Assembly (NCBI GenBank): GCA_050298055.1 | Contig: JBNKTL010000003.1 | Location: 64,001-128,000, forward strand | Reading direction: 5' to 3' | From: Spirochaetota bacterium | Lineage (GTDB): Bacteria > Spirochaetota > UBA4802 > UBA5550 | Length of the DNA: 64,000 nt | In this document: in pieces, positions 1-8,985 of the stretch | Numbering within the stretch: the first letter of the stretch is position 1 | How the letters are laid out: each line of letters begins with the position of its first letter | Position numbers and translations under genes: made by a program | Notes under the pieces: model-generated | Databases searched by the model: none | The model's input: the letters and a program-made list of their open reading frames with translations, nothing else | Told to the model about the DNA's origin: nothing

Positions 1-67
1 TATTCTTTATATTCTATTAAAGAGTTAATTTCTTCTATTTTATTAATAATAAATTAAATATCATCCG

Positions 68-499
68 CTATTCGGCAACATTGACTCCCATGGAGTTGGC
101 TGTTCCGGCAATGATGTTGACTGCCGCGTCCAGATCATTTGCATTGAGGTCCGGCATTTTCAAATTGGCAATCTCTTCAAGCTGAGCCCTGGTGATCTTG
201 CCAACCTTATCCTTCTGCGGCTCGCCGGACCCTTTCTCAAGCTTCAGAGCCTTTTTAATAAGGACCGATGCGGGAGGGGTCTTAATAATAAAGGTAAATG
301 TCCTGTCCTCATAAACCGTGATGACAACGGGAAGTATTGTCCCCATCTGGTCTTTTGTTCTGTCATTAAAGGCCTTACAGAAGTCCATAATGTTAAGACC
401 ATGCTGTCCGAGAGCAGGTCCAACCGGAGGCGCAGGATTTGCCTGCCCGCCGGGTATCTGAAGTTTTATCTCAACAAGTATATTTTTCCCTTTAGCCAT
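68..499 (-). CDS. rplK: 50S ribosomal protein L11
   Basis: [15 protein letters not shown] motif; follows nusG. Confidence 0.98.
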   Translation of the reverse strand: MAKGKNILVEIKLQIPGGQANPAPPVGPALGQHGLNIMDFCKAFNDRTKDQMGTILPVVITVYEDRTFTFIIKTPPASVLIKKALKLEKGSGEPQKDKVGKITRAQLEEIANLKMPDLNANDLDAAVNIIAGTANSMGVNVAE

Positions 500-525
500 A
501 ACTCTTGTTTATCCCTTATTAGTAT

Positions 526-1068
526 CTAAATTTTACCAACCTGTAAAAAATCCAGTTCAACAGGCGTCCCCCTGCCGAATATCTCCACTTTCACCCGCAA
601 TCTTCCCTTATCAGGATAGACCTCTTCAACAATACCGTTGAAGTTGCTGAACGGCCCGTCAATGACCTTCACCGGTTCTCCAACAGAGAAATCCATGGCA
701 ATGGACACCTTTTCCCTGGTCTTCTGTTCTCCCATCTGGTCAAAGAGGGAATTGACTTCATCTCTTGACAGGGGCTTCGGTTTATTTGAACCGTATGCTC
801 CCACGAAATTTGTCACACCGGGAATATTTTTAATGATACTCCATGTATTGTCATTCAATTCAATTTCAACGAGAACATACCCGGGAAAGTACTTCTTGGT
901 CCTTACCTTCTTCTTCCCGTCTTTTACTTCCGGGACTTCAACAGTGGGGACCTTCACCTGAAATATTTCATCCTGAAGGCCAAGGTTCTTGACTTTTTTC
1001 TCCAAAGCAAGCTTGACCTTGTTTTCATGCCCGGAATATGTATGAACGACGTACCATTCTTTTGCCAT
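526..1068 (-). CDS. nusG: Transcription termination/antitermination factor NusG
   Basis: WYVVHTYSGHE, FPGYVLV, KOW domain, IFGRGTPVEL. Confidence 0.98.
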   Translation of the reverse strand: MAKEWYVVHTYSGHENKVKLALEKKVKNLGLQDEIFQVKVPTVEVPEVKDGKKKVRTKKYFPGYVLVEIELNDNTWSIIKNIPGVTNFVGAYGSNKPKPLSRDEVNSLFDQMGEQKTREKVSIAMDFSVGEPVKVIDGPFSNFNGIVEEVYPDKGRLRVKVEIFGRGTPVELDFLQVGKI

Positions 1069-1069
1069 T

Positions 1070-1252
1070 TTATTTTATCACAACCTTTACAAGTGTCATC
1101 AAAGCTGAATCAACCAGCCAGAGAAATATGGAAATGAAGACTACAGTAACGACTACGACACCTGTAAAACTGGTGACTTCATCTCTGTCAGGCCATGTAA
1201 CTTTCCGCAGCTCTTCCCGCGCATCATGAAGAAATTTTATAAAATTTTTCAA
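1070..1252 (-). CDS. secE: Preprotein translocase subunit SecE
   Basis: ELRKVTWP plus one TM helix; directly upstream of nusG. Confidence 0.95.
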   Translation of the reverse strand: MKNFIKFLHDAREELRKVTWPDRDEVTSFTGVVVVTVVFISIFLWLVDSALMTLVKVVIK

Positions 1253-1329
1253 TTTATTACCTTTGCATGTTTGAAGAATGACTTAATCAAAAGAATTAAC
1301 AAGCGGATCCAGAATACAAACGAACACAA

Positions 1330-1482
1330 TCAGGCTTTTGTTTCTTTATGAACCGTATGCTTGTTGCAGAATTTGCAGTATTTCTTTACGCTGATCTTCC
1401 CGGTCTGCTTCTTTTTATCTTTTGTGGCAGAATAATTCCTTCGTTTACAATCTTCGCATGCCAGCAAAATTACGTCCCGCAT
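1330..1482 (-). CDS. rpmG: 50S ribosomal protein L33, zinc-binding form (not in ORF track)
   Basis: Hand translation MRDVILLACEDCKRRNYSATKDKKKQTGKISVKKYCKFCNKHTVHKETKA; two CxxC motifs; upstream of secE. Confidence 0.95.
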   Translation of the reverse strand: MRDVILLACEDCKRRNYSATKDKKKQTGKISVKKYCKFCNKHTVHKETKA

Positions 1483-1767
1483 AATATAAAACCACCTTTT
1501 CCCTATAAAACTAGTGCAAACTAATATTTATGCCTTTCCAGTCAAGCATTTTTAAGAAAAAATAAATATGATCAAATCTATTTTTTTAACTATCTTTTTT
1601 TTAGTCAGATGCCGGAGTTTCCGATTACTCTCCTGCCGTTTATTATTTCAGGATCACCCTCTGTATTTCGAACCTATACTCTCTTTTTTATATTATTTAT
1701 ATTATATAGAGAGAAGTAAAACCTGGCAATAAAAAAGAAAACACCGCTAAAAAAACCGATAGTCAAC

Positions 1768-1840
1768 AGCCCACGACCAGAATTGAACTGGTGACCTTTT
1801 GCTTACCATGCAAATGCTCTGCCGACTGAGCTACGTGGGC
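1768..1840 (-). tRNA. tRNA-Thr(GGT)
   Basis: Reverse complement GCCCACGTAGCTCAGTCGGCAGAGC-ATTTGC-ATGGTAA-GCAAA...GTTCAATTC...GTGGGCT folds as a cloverleaf; CCA not encoded. Confidence 0.95.
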
Positions 1841-1900
1841 ACAAAGAAAGTATACCATTAAAAACAGCCTCTTTTTTGTCAATACTAATTTTGGAGAACA

Positions 1901-1931
1901 AAAAAGGGCGTCCCTGCAGGATGCCCTTTTT
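1901..1931. terminator. Intrinsic terminator after rlpA (bidirectional-looking)
   Basis: aaaaagggcgtcc-ctgca-ggatgccctttt hairpin with A and T tails. Confidence 0.75.
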
Positions 1932-1957
1932 CTTTTTATCTACTGGAGGCCTGACTT

Positions 1958-2962
1958 CTACTCTTTTTCCCTGATAAAAGATTCTATATTCTCATCAGCA
2001 AGCATTCTTTTGAACCGGCCTGCTTCCGACCTGTTTTCTATCCCTTTGACCCTGACCTTATACAGATCTCCGTCATTGACAATAACCACGCTGTTTCGCG
2101 TAAGGGCCTCAATTCTGCTTTTCAATTTTTCCGCGTTTCTTCTGGAATAGAATGCCCCGGCCTGTACCGAGTAGCTGCCGCCGCTCCTGCCATAATCATT
2201 CCTGTCGCTGTGTTCGTTTCTGACAACAGGTTCGACAAAACCGTTCCTTCTGCCGCTGTAATTCTCTTCGCCTGTATCCCGGGTATAATTCCGGTCATTG
2301 CGAAGGATCTTTATTCCCACCATGGCCTTACCCGGGGACACCATCCCCAGTTTCTTCGCAGCACCATACGAGAGGTCCATAATCCTCTTCCCTCTGTAAG
2401 GGCCCCTGTCATTCACCCTGACCCTGGCTGTTTTGCCGTTATCAAAGTTTGTAACTTCAAGCATGGTGCCAAAGGGGAGCTTCTTGTGAGCAGCGGTAAA
2501 ATCTTCCATGTTAAATTTTTCTCCCGATGCCGTGGCTCTGCCATGAAACTCCCTGCCATACCATGACGCCATGCCTGTCTGGTAGTATTCCTTCTGCCTG
2601 TATGAGCTGTCTTCGGAACCGGAATACCTGTCATCTCTCCCGGATGACCGTTCATCAGTTCCCGATGATCTCACATTGAAAACATTATCATCATTCCCGC
2701 TCTCATTGCTCCTCTGCTCAAAATCTCTCCTCGCGGACCTGCCCTTATCAAAATCAATGTCATCACCGGAACCGTTATTACCAAAATCACTGCTCTCTTC
2801 TCCAAAAGAGTTCGACTCATACGACCTGTCGGCGGTTTTATTCCCGTGATAAGACCCTCTGTTGCTCCTGACCTGCGATTTACCGGGAGTACACCCGGCA
2901 AGGAGTCCAGAAATCATCAGAGAACATGAAATAACTGTTATAATTCCTTTTCGTGTCCTCAT
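1958..2962 (-). CDS. rlpA: Septal ring lytic transglycosylase RlpA family lipoprotein with SPOR domain
   Basis: Lipobox LAGC; GMASWYG...TAAHKKLPFGT...VNDRGP; C-terminal VQAGAF SPOR domain. Confidence 0.92.
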   Translation of the reverse strand: MRTRKGIITVISCSLMISGLLAGCTPGKSQVRSNRGSYHGNKTADRSYESNSFGEESSDFGNNGSGDDIDFDKGRSARRDFEQRSNESGNDDNVFNVRSSGTDERSSGRDDRYSGSEDSSYRQKEYYQTGMASWYGREFHGRATASGEKFNMEDFTAAHKKLPFGTMLEVTNFDNGKTARVRVNDRGPYRGKRIMDLSYGAAKKLGMVSPGKAMVGIKILRNDRNYTRDTGEENYSGRRNGFVEPVVRNEHSDRNDYGRSGGSYSVQAGAFYSRRNAEKLKSRIEALTRNSVVIVNDGDLYKVRVKGIENRSEAGRFKRMLADENIESFIREKE

Positions 2963-3031
2963 TTATCAGTGCCTCCAATATACATTACTGTTTTTAATAT
3001 CGGAACATAATCTGGAGGGCTTTATAACAAT

Positions 3032-4405
3032 TTAACCTGTTTCGGATCGTTTTCCGGTAATTTTTCTCAGCAGGATAAATCCAATAGTCCCCGCCAAAAG
3101 GGATGCTGTCAGGATACCGATCTTACCGTTTATCAGAAGCTCCTCCTGACCGGGAAACGCCAGGTTCGCAACAAAAAGCGACATGGTAAAGCCGATACCA
3201 CCGAGCCAGGCCGTTCCGTAGAGCTCTTTCCAGCTGACCTGCGGAGGTAATGACGCTATCCCGAGCTTCACAGAGAGCCATGAAAAGAAGGTGATCCCGA
3301 TCTGTTTCCCCAAAACAAGACCAAGAATAATCCCGACACTTACCGGTTTCAAAAGCAGGCCGAACAGGTCGCCCTCCAGGGTAATCCCGGCATTGGCAAG
3401 GGCGAAAACCGGCATAATAAAAAATGTCGTTACAGGGTGGAGCTGGTGTTCAAGGCGATGCATGGGCGAAAGCATGTTCTCGAGGTTCTCCTTGATCTGA
3501 TCAAGAGCATTGAGCTGATCATGATTGGTCAGGGCAGTGGTCCCCTCCTTTTCACCTGTTGATGACTCCCTGAAATTCTCAAGAGAACACATACTTCTTT
3601 TATAGAAAGACGCTGGATCACAGGTAATAAAAGTGGGAATAATAAAAGCCGAAATGACCCCTGAAATTGTGGCGTGAACACCCGATTTCAGAAAAGCCAG
3701 CCAGAGAAAAAAGCCCAGGATCGCATAAGGAATCGGCTGCCGAATACCGATCAGGTTCATCCCTATCATGACGATATAGACCGCAGCGGCAGCGCCGAGC
3801 ATAAGCCAGCTGATATTACTGGTATAGAAGAGTGCTATCACAAGAACCGCTCCCAGGTCATCCACAATAGCAAGGGCAACCAGGAAAACCTTCAGTCCCA
3901 GGGGAACCCTCTTCCCCATCAATGTAATGACCCCCAGGGCAAAGGCGATATCCGTGGCCATGGGGATCCCCCATCCCGATTTCCCCTCCATACCGTAATT
4001 GAAGAAGATATAGATAATGGCCGGAAATATCATCCCCCCGATAGCGCCGGCGATAGGAAGCGCCGCCTGCCTGGGGTTCGCCAGTTCTCCCACCATGAGT
4101 TCACGCTTGATCTCAAGGCCCACAACAAAAAAGAAAACCGTCATCAGACCGTCATTGATCCAGTGGTGAAGTGATTCTGTGAGGTGATAAGTGCCGGCAC
4201 CTATGGTAACCGGTACTTCCCAGAAGTGATGATAAGCCTCCGCAAGAGGAGAATTTGCCAGGATCATGGCAATGATCGTACAGACAAGAAGAAGAATTCC
4301 ACCCGAAGCCTCTACGCGGGCAAAAGTCTTAAACGGTCTCATGAGACGATCAATGAGATAGTCCTGTTCACGATAAATTTTATTAAGTCCCATTTTAAAC
4401 TCCAA
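3032..4405 (-). CDS. nhaA: Na+/H+ antiporter NhaA
   Basis: WINDGLM, GLEIKRE, GWGIPMATDIAF, LAIVDD, GIGFTMSLF. Confidence 0.96.
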   Translation of the reverse strand: MEFKMGLNKIYREQDYLIDRLMRPFKTFARVEASGGILLLVCTIIAMILANSPLAEAYHHFWEVPVTIGAGTYHLTESLHHWINDGLMTVFFFVVGLEIKRELMVGELANPRQAALPIAGAIGGMIFPAIIYIFFNYGMEGKSGWGIPMATDIAFALGVITLMGKRVPLGLKVFLVALAIVDDLGAVLVIALFYTSNISWLMLGAAAAVYIVMIGMNLIGIRQPIPYAILGFFLWLAFLKSGVHATISGVISAFIIPTFITCDPASFYKRSMCSLENFRESSTGEKEGTTALTNHDQLNALDQIKENLENMLSPMHRLEHQLHPVTTFFIMPVFALANAGITLEGDLFGLLLKPVSVGIILGLVLGKQIGITFFSWLSVKLGIASLPPQVSWKELYGTAWLGGIGFTMSLFVANLAFPGQEELLINGKIGILTASLLAGTIGFILLRKITGKRSETG

Positions 4406-4430
4406 TTATTTTTATATGTTTTATTTCCCG

Positions 4431-4568
4431 CAACCACTCAGCTATCTGGTTAAATTAAACATATCAATATAAGAATGAATATTATCTCACAGACGCATTG
4501 GACAGCGAGAAGATATCAGTTATGCTTTTTTATGACTATGAATATTCTTATGAACAGCTGAGCAGTCA
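4431..4568 (-). mobile_element. MITE-like repeat, degenerate copy 1
   Basis: Ends caaccactcagct...agctgagcagtca; internal gatatcagttatgc shared with other copies; central hairpin eroded. Confidence 0.55.
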
Positions 4569-4726
4569 CAATTTTCTATATATTTATTTAAAATTGCTCA
4601 ATGAATAACGGAAGTTATTATATGTCAAGGATATTTATTAGATTATATAATATAATTTTTTTATTTAAGAAGATTTAAATATTTCCCTGATAATATGGCA
4701 GTGACTAAATCAGGCGGTAAAGCCTC

Positions 4727-5128
4727 TCAGCTTTTCATTAATGACAGGACAAACCGCTCTCTTTTTTCAACAATCTCATCATCACCGTTTTTCTCTTCAA
4801 ACCGGCAACCGCAGATAATACTTCCGCAGAAAGTATCCATCCGGGCTATTATTATCTTTTCCGGAACAAGAATGCCCCGGTAAGGGATGGCAATTCTGTA
4901 AGACCCGTCTTTTTTGACATTCTTTTTTACAATCTCCCCATCCCTGTTCAGGAATTCAAGAAGAACTCCGCTCAAAGAGATATTTTTAATGGTTACGGAA
5001 AGCTTTTCACCATCCAGGTCAAAACTTGAATGTTTCAGATATTCATACCGCGGACAGCGGTCGATGATCTCTGATTTACCGTTACCAAAGAGTTTTAAAT
5101 GCAGAGACATGATGCCTATCCCTCTCAC
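4727..5128 (-). CDS. PilZ domain protein
   Basis: RxxxR (RCPRY) and NISLSG motifs. Confidence 0.65.
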   Translation of the reverse strand: MRGIGIMSLHLKLFGNGKSEIIDRCPRYEYLKHSSFDLDGEKLSVTIKNISLSGVLLEFLNRDGEIVKKNVKKDGSYRIAIPYRGILVPEKIIIARMDTFCGSIICGCRFEEKNGDDEIVEKRERFVLSLMKS

Positions 5129-5236
5129 AGCCGCATCGGTTGACTTTCACACACAGGGACAATGATAGAGGAAACAGGATATTTATGCAATCACTTTTGT
5201 TGTAGTTCTGGATTAAGAGAAGAATAAGGAAGAGTA

Positions 5237-5599
5237 TTAAAAATATCCAAAGAATTTCCTGAATTTTCCCGGTAATAACCTGCTTTTTTTTGCTCCTTCT
5301 TGTATATCATGGAGAAGAATATCGGATATTTCTTCTTTTGGGATAATGAGTCCCTTCATTTCCTGGTAATTTATTTTCCAGTAATTGTATTCTTCCGATT
5401 TATAATAGTTTATATAGGATTTATGTTTAATAAATTCATGATCGCCTTTGTTTAATATACAAGACGTATCATTTCGCTTGTTCTCATCAAATGTATTAAC
5501 GCTTACAACGAGAACATTATCATCCGGATCCGGATCAGATATGACAATTCTGAGGTGCTTTTTACCCGGATCGTCTTTGAGGAAGGTTTTCTTTTTCAC
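5237..5599 (-). CDS. Hypothetical protein, putative toxin (PemK/MazF-like fold by inference)
   Basis: GTG start overlaps the upstream stop (TAGTG); HLRIVIS...VLVVSVNT...GDHEFIKHKSYINY. Confidence 0.55.
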   Translation of the reverse strand: MKKKTFLKDDPGKKHLRIVISDPDPDDNVLVVSVNTFDENKRNDTSCILNKGDHEFIKHKSYINYYKSEEYNYWKINYQEMKGLIIPKEEISDILLHDIQEGAKKSRLLPGKFRKFFGYF

Positions 5600-6180
5600 T
5601 ACTTACAGCGCTTGGAGAAAAATTCTTCTTCATCCCGGTAAACTTCGATATCTTCCTGGATTTCTTTGATTTCTTCTTTTGATCTCCCCAGCGATTCCAG
5701 TATTTTTTCAACCCTGAGAGGTTTGCTTGATCCTGCCGTAAGATCCCATTCAACTTCGGGAAATTTCTTTTTGTCATGAAGATATTCTATCATCTGATGA
5801 AATGAATAATCTCTGAATTTCTTTAAATTATTATCAATAATTTCAATTTCCTCTTCGCAAAGTTCATCGGCTGGCAAATTATTTTGAGTTACAAGTTCAA
5901 GGTCATATCCCTTTTTATAAAAAAACCTGTCCCATACAGACTGTTCCCCAGCGGGTCCTTTTCCTCTCACCAGGTCATAGATCGTACTTAAAACAGGCCC
6001 GTTATCCATTGAGCAGTATGAATCCCCTGTAATTGTATAATCGGTTTTGCTGAGAAAATCTTTGTCGGAAATATAGAGAAGCTTAATCAGTTTTGTGTAA
6101 TTTATTGATCCATTGCTTTTTTTGAGGATATAATTAATGACCTGGACAACTTTGTTTATGTTGAAATTGTAATCAATCAT
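5599..6180 (-). CDS. Panacea/SocA-family (DUF4065) antitoxin
   Basis: KLIKLLYISD...TITGDSY..MDNGPVLSTIYD; later H...EW. Confidence 0.8.
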   Translation of the reverse strand: MIDYNFNINKVVQVINYILKKSNGSINYTKLIKLLYISDKDFLSKTDYTITGDSYCSMDNGPVLSTIYDLVRGKGPAGEQSVWDRFFYKKGYDLELVTQNNLPADELCEEEIEIIDNNLKKFRDYSFHQMIEYLHDKKKFPEVEWDLTAGSSKPLRVEKILESLGRSKEEIKEIQEDIEVYRDEEEFFSKRCK

Positions 6181-6253
6181 GGTTCCCCCCATCATGTCTC
6201 ACACTTATAATTTATATAATCGGTTTGGTGAGTCAAGAAATATAATGGATTGT

Positions 6254-7333
6254 TTAATTACAAATTAAACCAATTAATAATACAAAACAAATTACAATAA
6301 ATATCTTCAATCCTCTTACACCAGGAATATCTACAATTTTTTGCTTTACATGTTTTAATTCACGATTCCATTCTTTCTCAAAATCATCAGGAACATCAAA
6401 TGTTATATTTTTTTTAATAATTAATGGATTTTCAGTTGTACCACCGTGGTTTGTACCAATTAAAGAAAGTAACTCATCAAGACTATCTGGAATAGTCGCA
6501 AGTTTTTCAGCTTGAGAACCTATTATATTTTTTAACAAACTAATTAGCCCATTATATTCATCTGGTACATTAGCAAAATATACCTGTTCTTCATATAAAA
6601 CAATTTGTTCTAAATGATCTCTGATTAATGAAGTAATGTGAAAAATTTCATCAATATCACCAGCTTCACCAGGTTCTCCCCAACATTTATTAAGTCTCTC
6701 AATAAGTACAACAAACGGTTGTGTTAAATTTGATGCTTCTGTTAATCGTTTTTGGATCCATTTAAGAACATCCTCACTTTCCAGATGATGTTGATAATTA
6801 AGATATAAGCCATTTCGAAGATCTTCTAATTTTCTAAAAAAAGGGTTATTCATATAACGCATCAATTCCGCTGTAAGTCGCCATTCCCAACCATCAGGTT
6901 TATCAATAACTATACGTCGTATTAAAGGAGGAAATTCATTAAATAATTGAGCTTGCGATGATAGATTTTCATATTGGATACGATCCGTTGCACTTCCTAA
7001 ATCAGCTAAAGTAAACTCCTCATGTTGTTCTCTCCATGAGAACAATATATCACTTGTATATTTTTCTTCATCGGTATCAATTAGTTTGTGACAATTTCTG
7101 CACAGCCATATTGCATTAGTTATTTCTGCTCTTGCATTATCTGTCATTTTTAAATTATATCTTTTTGAATCAGGACGGGCTCCATAAATATGAGCAGCTT
7201 CACCGATTATTGTTGATTTTCCCTCATCTGAATTTGGACCTACAGTTGAAACTCTACAATCTGGATTTGAGCATTTATAAGCAGCTCTTTTAGCAAGAGT
7301 ATCAATTGTTTTTTTATTAAAATCTGGATTCAT
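6254..7333 (-). CDS. HNH endonuclease domain protein with C-terminal TM helix
   Basis: CSNPDC, GEAAHIYGA, NAIWLCRNCHKLID; hydrophobic C-terminus; AT-rich. Confidence 0.8.
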   Translation of the reverse strand: MNPDFNKKTIDTLAKRAAYKCSNPDCRVSTVGPNSDEGKSTIIGEAAHIYGARPDSKRYNLKMTDNARAEITNAIWLCRNCHKLIDTDEEKYTSDILFSWREQHEEFTLADLGSATDRIQYENLSSQAQLFNEFPPLIRRIVIDKPDGWEWRLTAELMRYMNNPFFRKLEDLRNGLYLNYQHHLESEDVLKWIQKRLTEASNLTQPFVVLIERLNKCWGEPGEAGDIDEIFHITSLIRDHLEQIVLYEEQVYFANVPDEYNGLISLLKNIIGSQAEKLATIPDSLDELLSLIGTNHGGTTENPLIIKKNITFDVPDDFEKEWNRELKHVKQKIVDIPGVRGLKIFIVICFVLLIGLICN

Positions 7334-7454
7334 TATTAAATTATTTTATTGTATTCACATATATACATATTATAACCACATCACCGCATAATAAAACCAC
7401 CCACCTCATCACCTGTCAATGAAAATTCCCTTATAATACTATCACATAAAGAAG

Positions 7455-7790
7455 CGAGACCAGGAGGGTCGAGCGCAGAAGTAGGTGCAGCATGTTATTT
7501 TAGAACACAGCAAGAAAGGTCAACTCGACAGGAAGTCGAGTTGTATGGGCTGCAGCCGAGGACTGTCAGGATGACGCTCCGCAGGCTGCACAAAAAGTGT
7601 TTTTTCATAATGAACATCCAAGCCCCTCCCGGCGTCTGAGGGAGCGCGCGGGGGTCGCAAGGGGGTGTCCGCGCTGACACCCCTTTGCATTCTTCCAAGT
7701 CCGGGTCCCGGACAAATCCTTTCGCGGGTGATATCCCGCGAAAACACATTTAACCACAAACAGATCCCCCCTTTCATGGGAATGACAGAT
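7455..7790 (+). repeat. GC-rich intergenic hairpin cluster (candidate structured RNA or REP mosaic)
   Basis: At least six stem-loops, e.g. caactcgac-aggaa-gtcgagttg, gcaagggggtgtc..gacacccctttgc, tttcgcggg..cccgcgaaa. Confidence 0.6.
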
Positions 7791-7836
7791 CGAGCGAATG
7801 CTCGCAAAAATCCCTGTCCCGGATTTGGGACAATTC

Positions 7837-8721
7837 TCAAAGCCCCTCATACCACCGCGCAATCTCCTCGCCGATACGGTGAGGGTGGTCTTCCTGCAGG
7901 TAGTGGAGTCCCTCTCCCAGGTCAACGGACTTTATATTCGGGATGTTGTTCTCCAGCCATTTTGCCAGGGGGAGGGGTATGATTGCGCCGGGTATGGCAT
8001 AAAAGAAAAGCTTCGGAACATCCGAAACCATGAGTTTCTCAAGATACCCCGATACGGCGTTATGGACATCCGCGGGTTTTCCTTCAACGGGAATCTCCCG
8101 GGGCCATTGCCGTACGGGCCTGCGGCTCTTTATATCAGGGAACGGCTCCCTGTAATTATTCATTTCTTCATCCGACAACTTCCTGATTACGGATGAAGGT
8201 AATATTGTCTCAAGGAAGATATTCATTACACTGATAAAAAACCAGCCGATCACCGGCATCCGCATCATCTTAAAGGGCAGCCTGTATCCCCCGGGAAAGT
8301 CCTTCCATCTTAAGGGTTTGATAATTGCTTCCATAAAGACAATGCCCTTAATATTATCTTCATTCATCATTGCATAATGAAACCCCAGGGCCGATCCCCA
8401 ATCATGGAGAACAAGGGTGATGTTTTTCAGTTCCAGGGTTTTTATGAAACCCTCTATATACCGGTAGTGATCAAAAAACCTGTAGGAGATATCCGGTTTG
8501 TCCGACTTCCCCATACCGATAAGATCGGGAACAATACACCGGGCAGCCGGTATAAGGTGAGGGATAATATTCCTCCAGAGATAAGATGACGTCGGATTCC
8601 CGTGCAAAAAGAGAACGGGATCACCCCCCCCTTCGTCTATATAGTACAATTTTGAACCGAGAACTTCAACATACCTGGATTCGAAGGGAAAGTCCGGGGA
8701 GATTGTATCAGCATCAGTCAT
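7837..8721 (-). CDS. Haloalkane dehalogenase (DhaA-like alpha/beta hydrolase)
   Basis: FLHGNPTSSYLWRN, nucleophile LHDWGSALG, WPREIP, GLHYLQED. Confidence 0.9.
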   Translation of the reverse strand: MTDADTISPDFPFESRYVEVLGSKLYYIDEGGGDPVLFLHGNPTSSYLWRNIIPHLIPAARCIVPDLIGMGKSDKPDISYRFFDHYRYIEGFIKTLELKNITLVLHDWGSALGFHYAMMNEDNIKGIVFMEAIIKPLRWKDFPGGYRLPFKMMRMPVIGWFFISVMNIFLETILPSSVIRKLSDEEMNNYREPFPDIKSRRPVRQWPREIPVEGKPADVHNAVSGYLEKLMVSDVPKLFFYAIPGAIIPLPLAKWLENNIPNIKSVDLGEGLHYLQEDHPHRIGEEIARWYEGL

Positions 8722-8985
8722 TTGATTACCTCACGGATTACAGTGTATTCATTTCTTACTGTCATAGATTCATCTTTTTGTCAATATTTATTGATGTTTT
8801 CAAACCCATTAGTCTTTATCCCCTTATCCCCCTTTTTACACATTTTTACAACTTTATTTCAAAATGTGTATCAAGAGACTCTGCCAGCTCTACGTGAAAA
8901 TATTCTTTCTTTTTTTTAAACCGGCTTTTAACATATTGAAAAACCTGCTTGACCATATGGACATGATTAAAATATTCATCTACAT

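Noticed and set aside
1768..7333. tRNA-anchored integrative element or prophage
   Set aside because: No integrase, no duplicated tRNA 3' end, and housekeeping genes lie between the tRNA and the islet
7495..8196. Several overlapping 80-130 aa ORFs
   Set aside because: They span the GC hairpin cluster or lie antisense to the dehalogenase; no recognisable protein features
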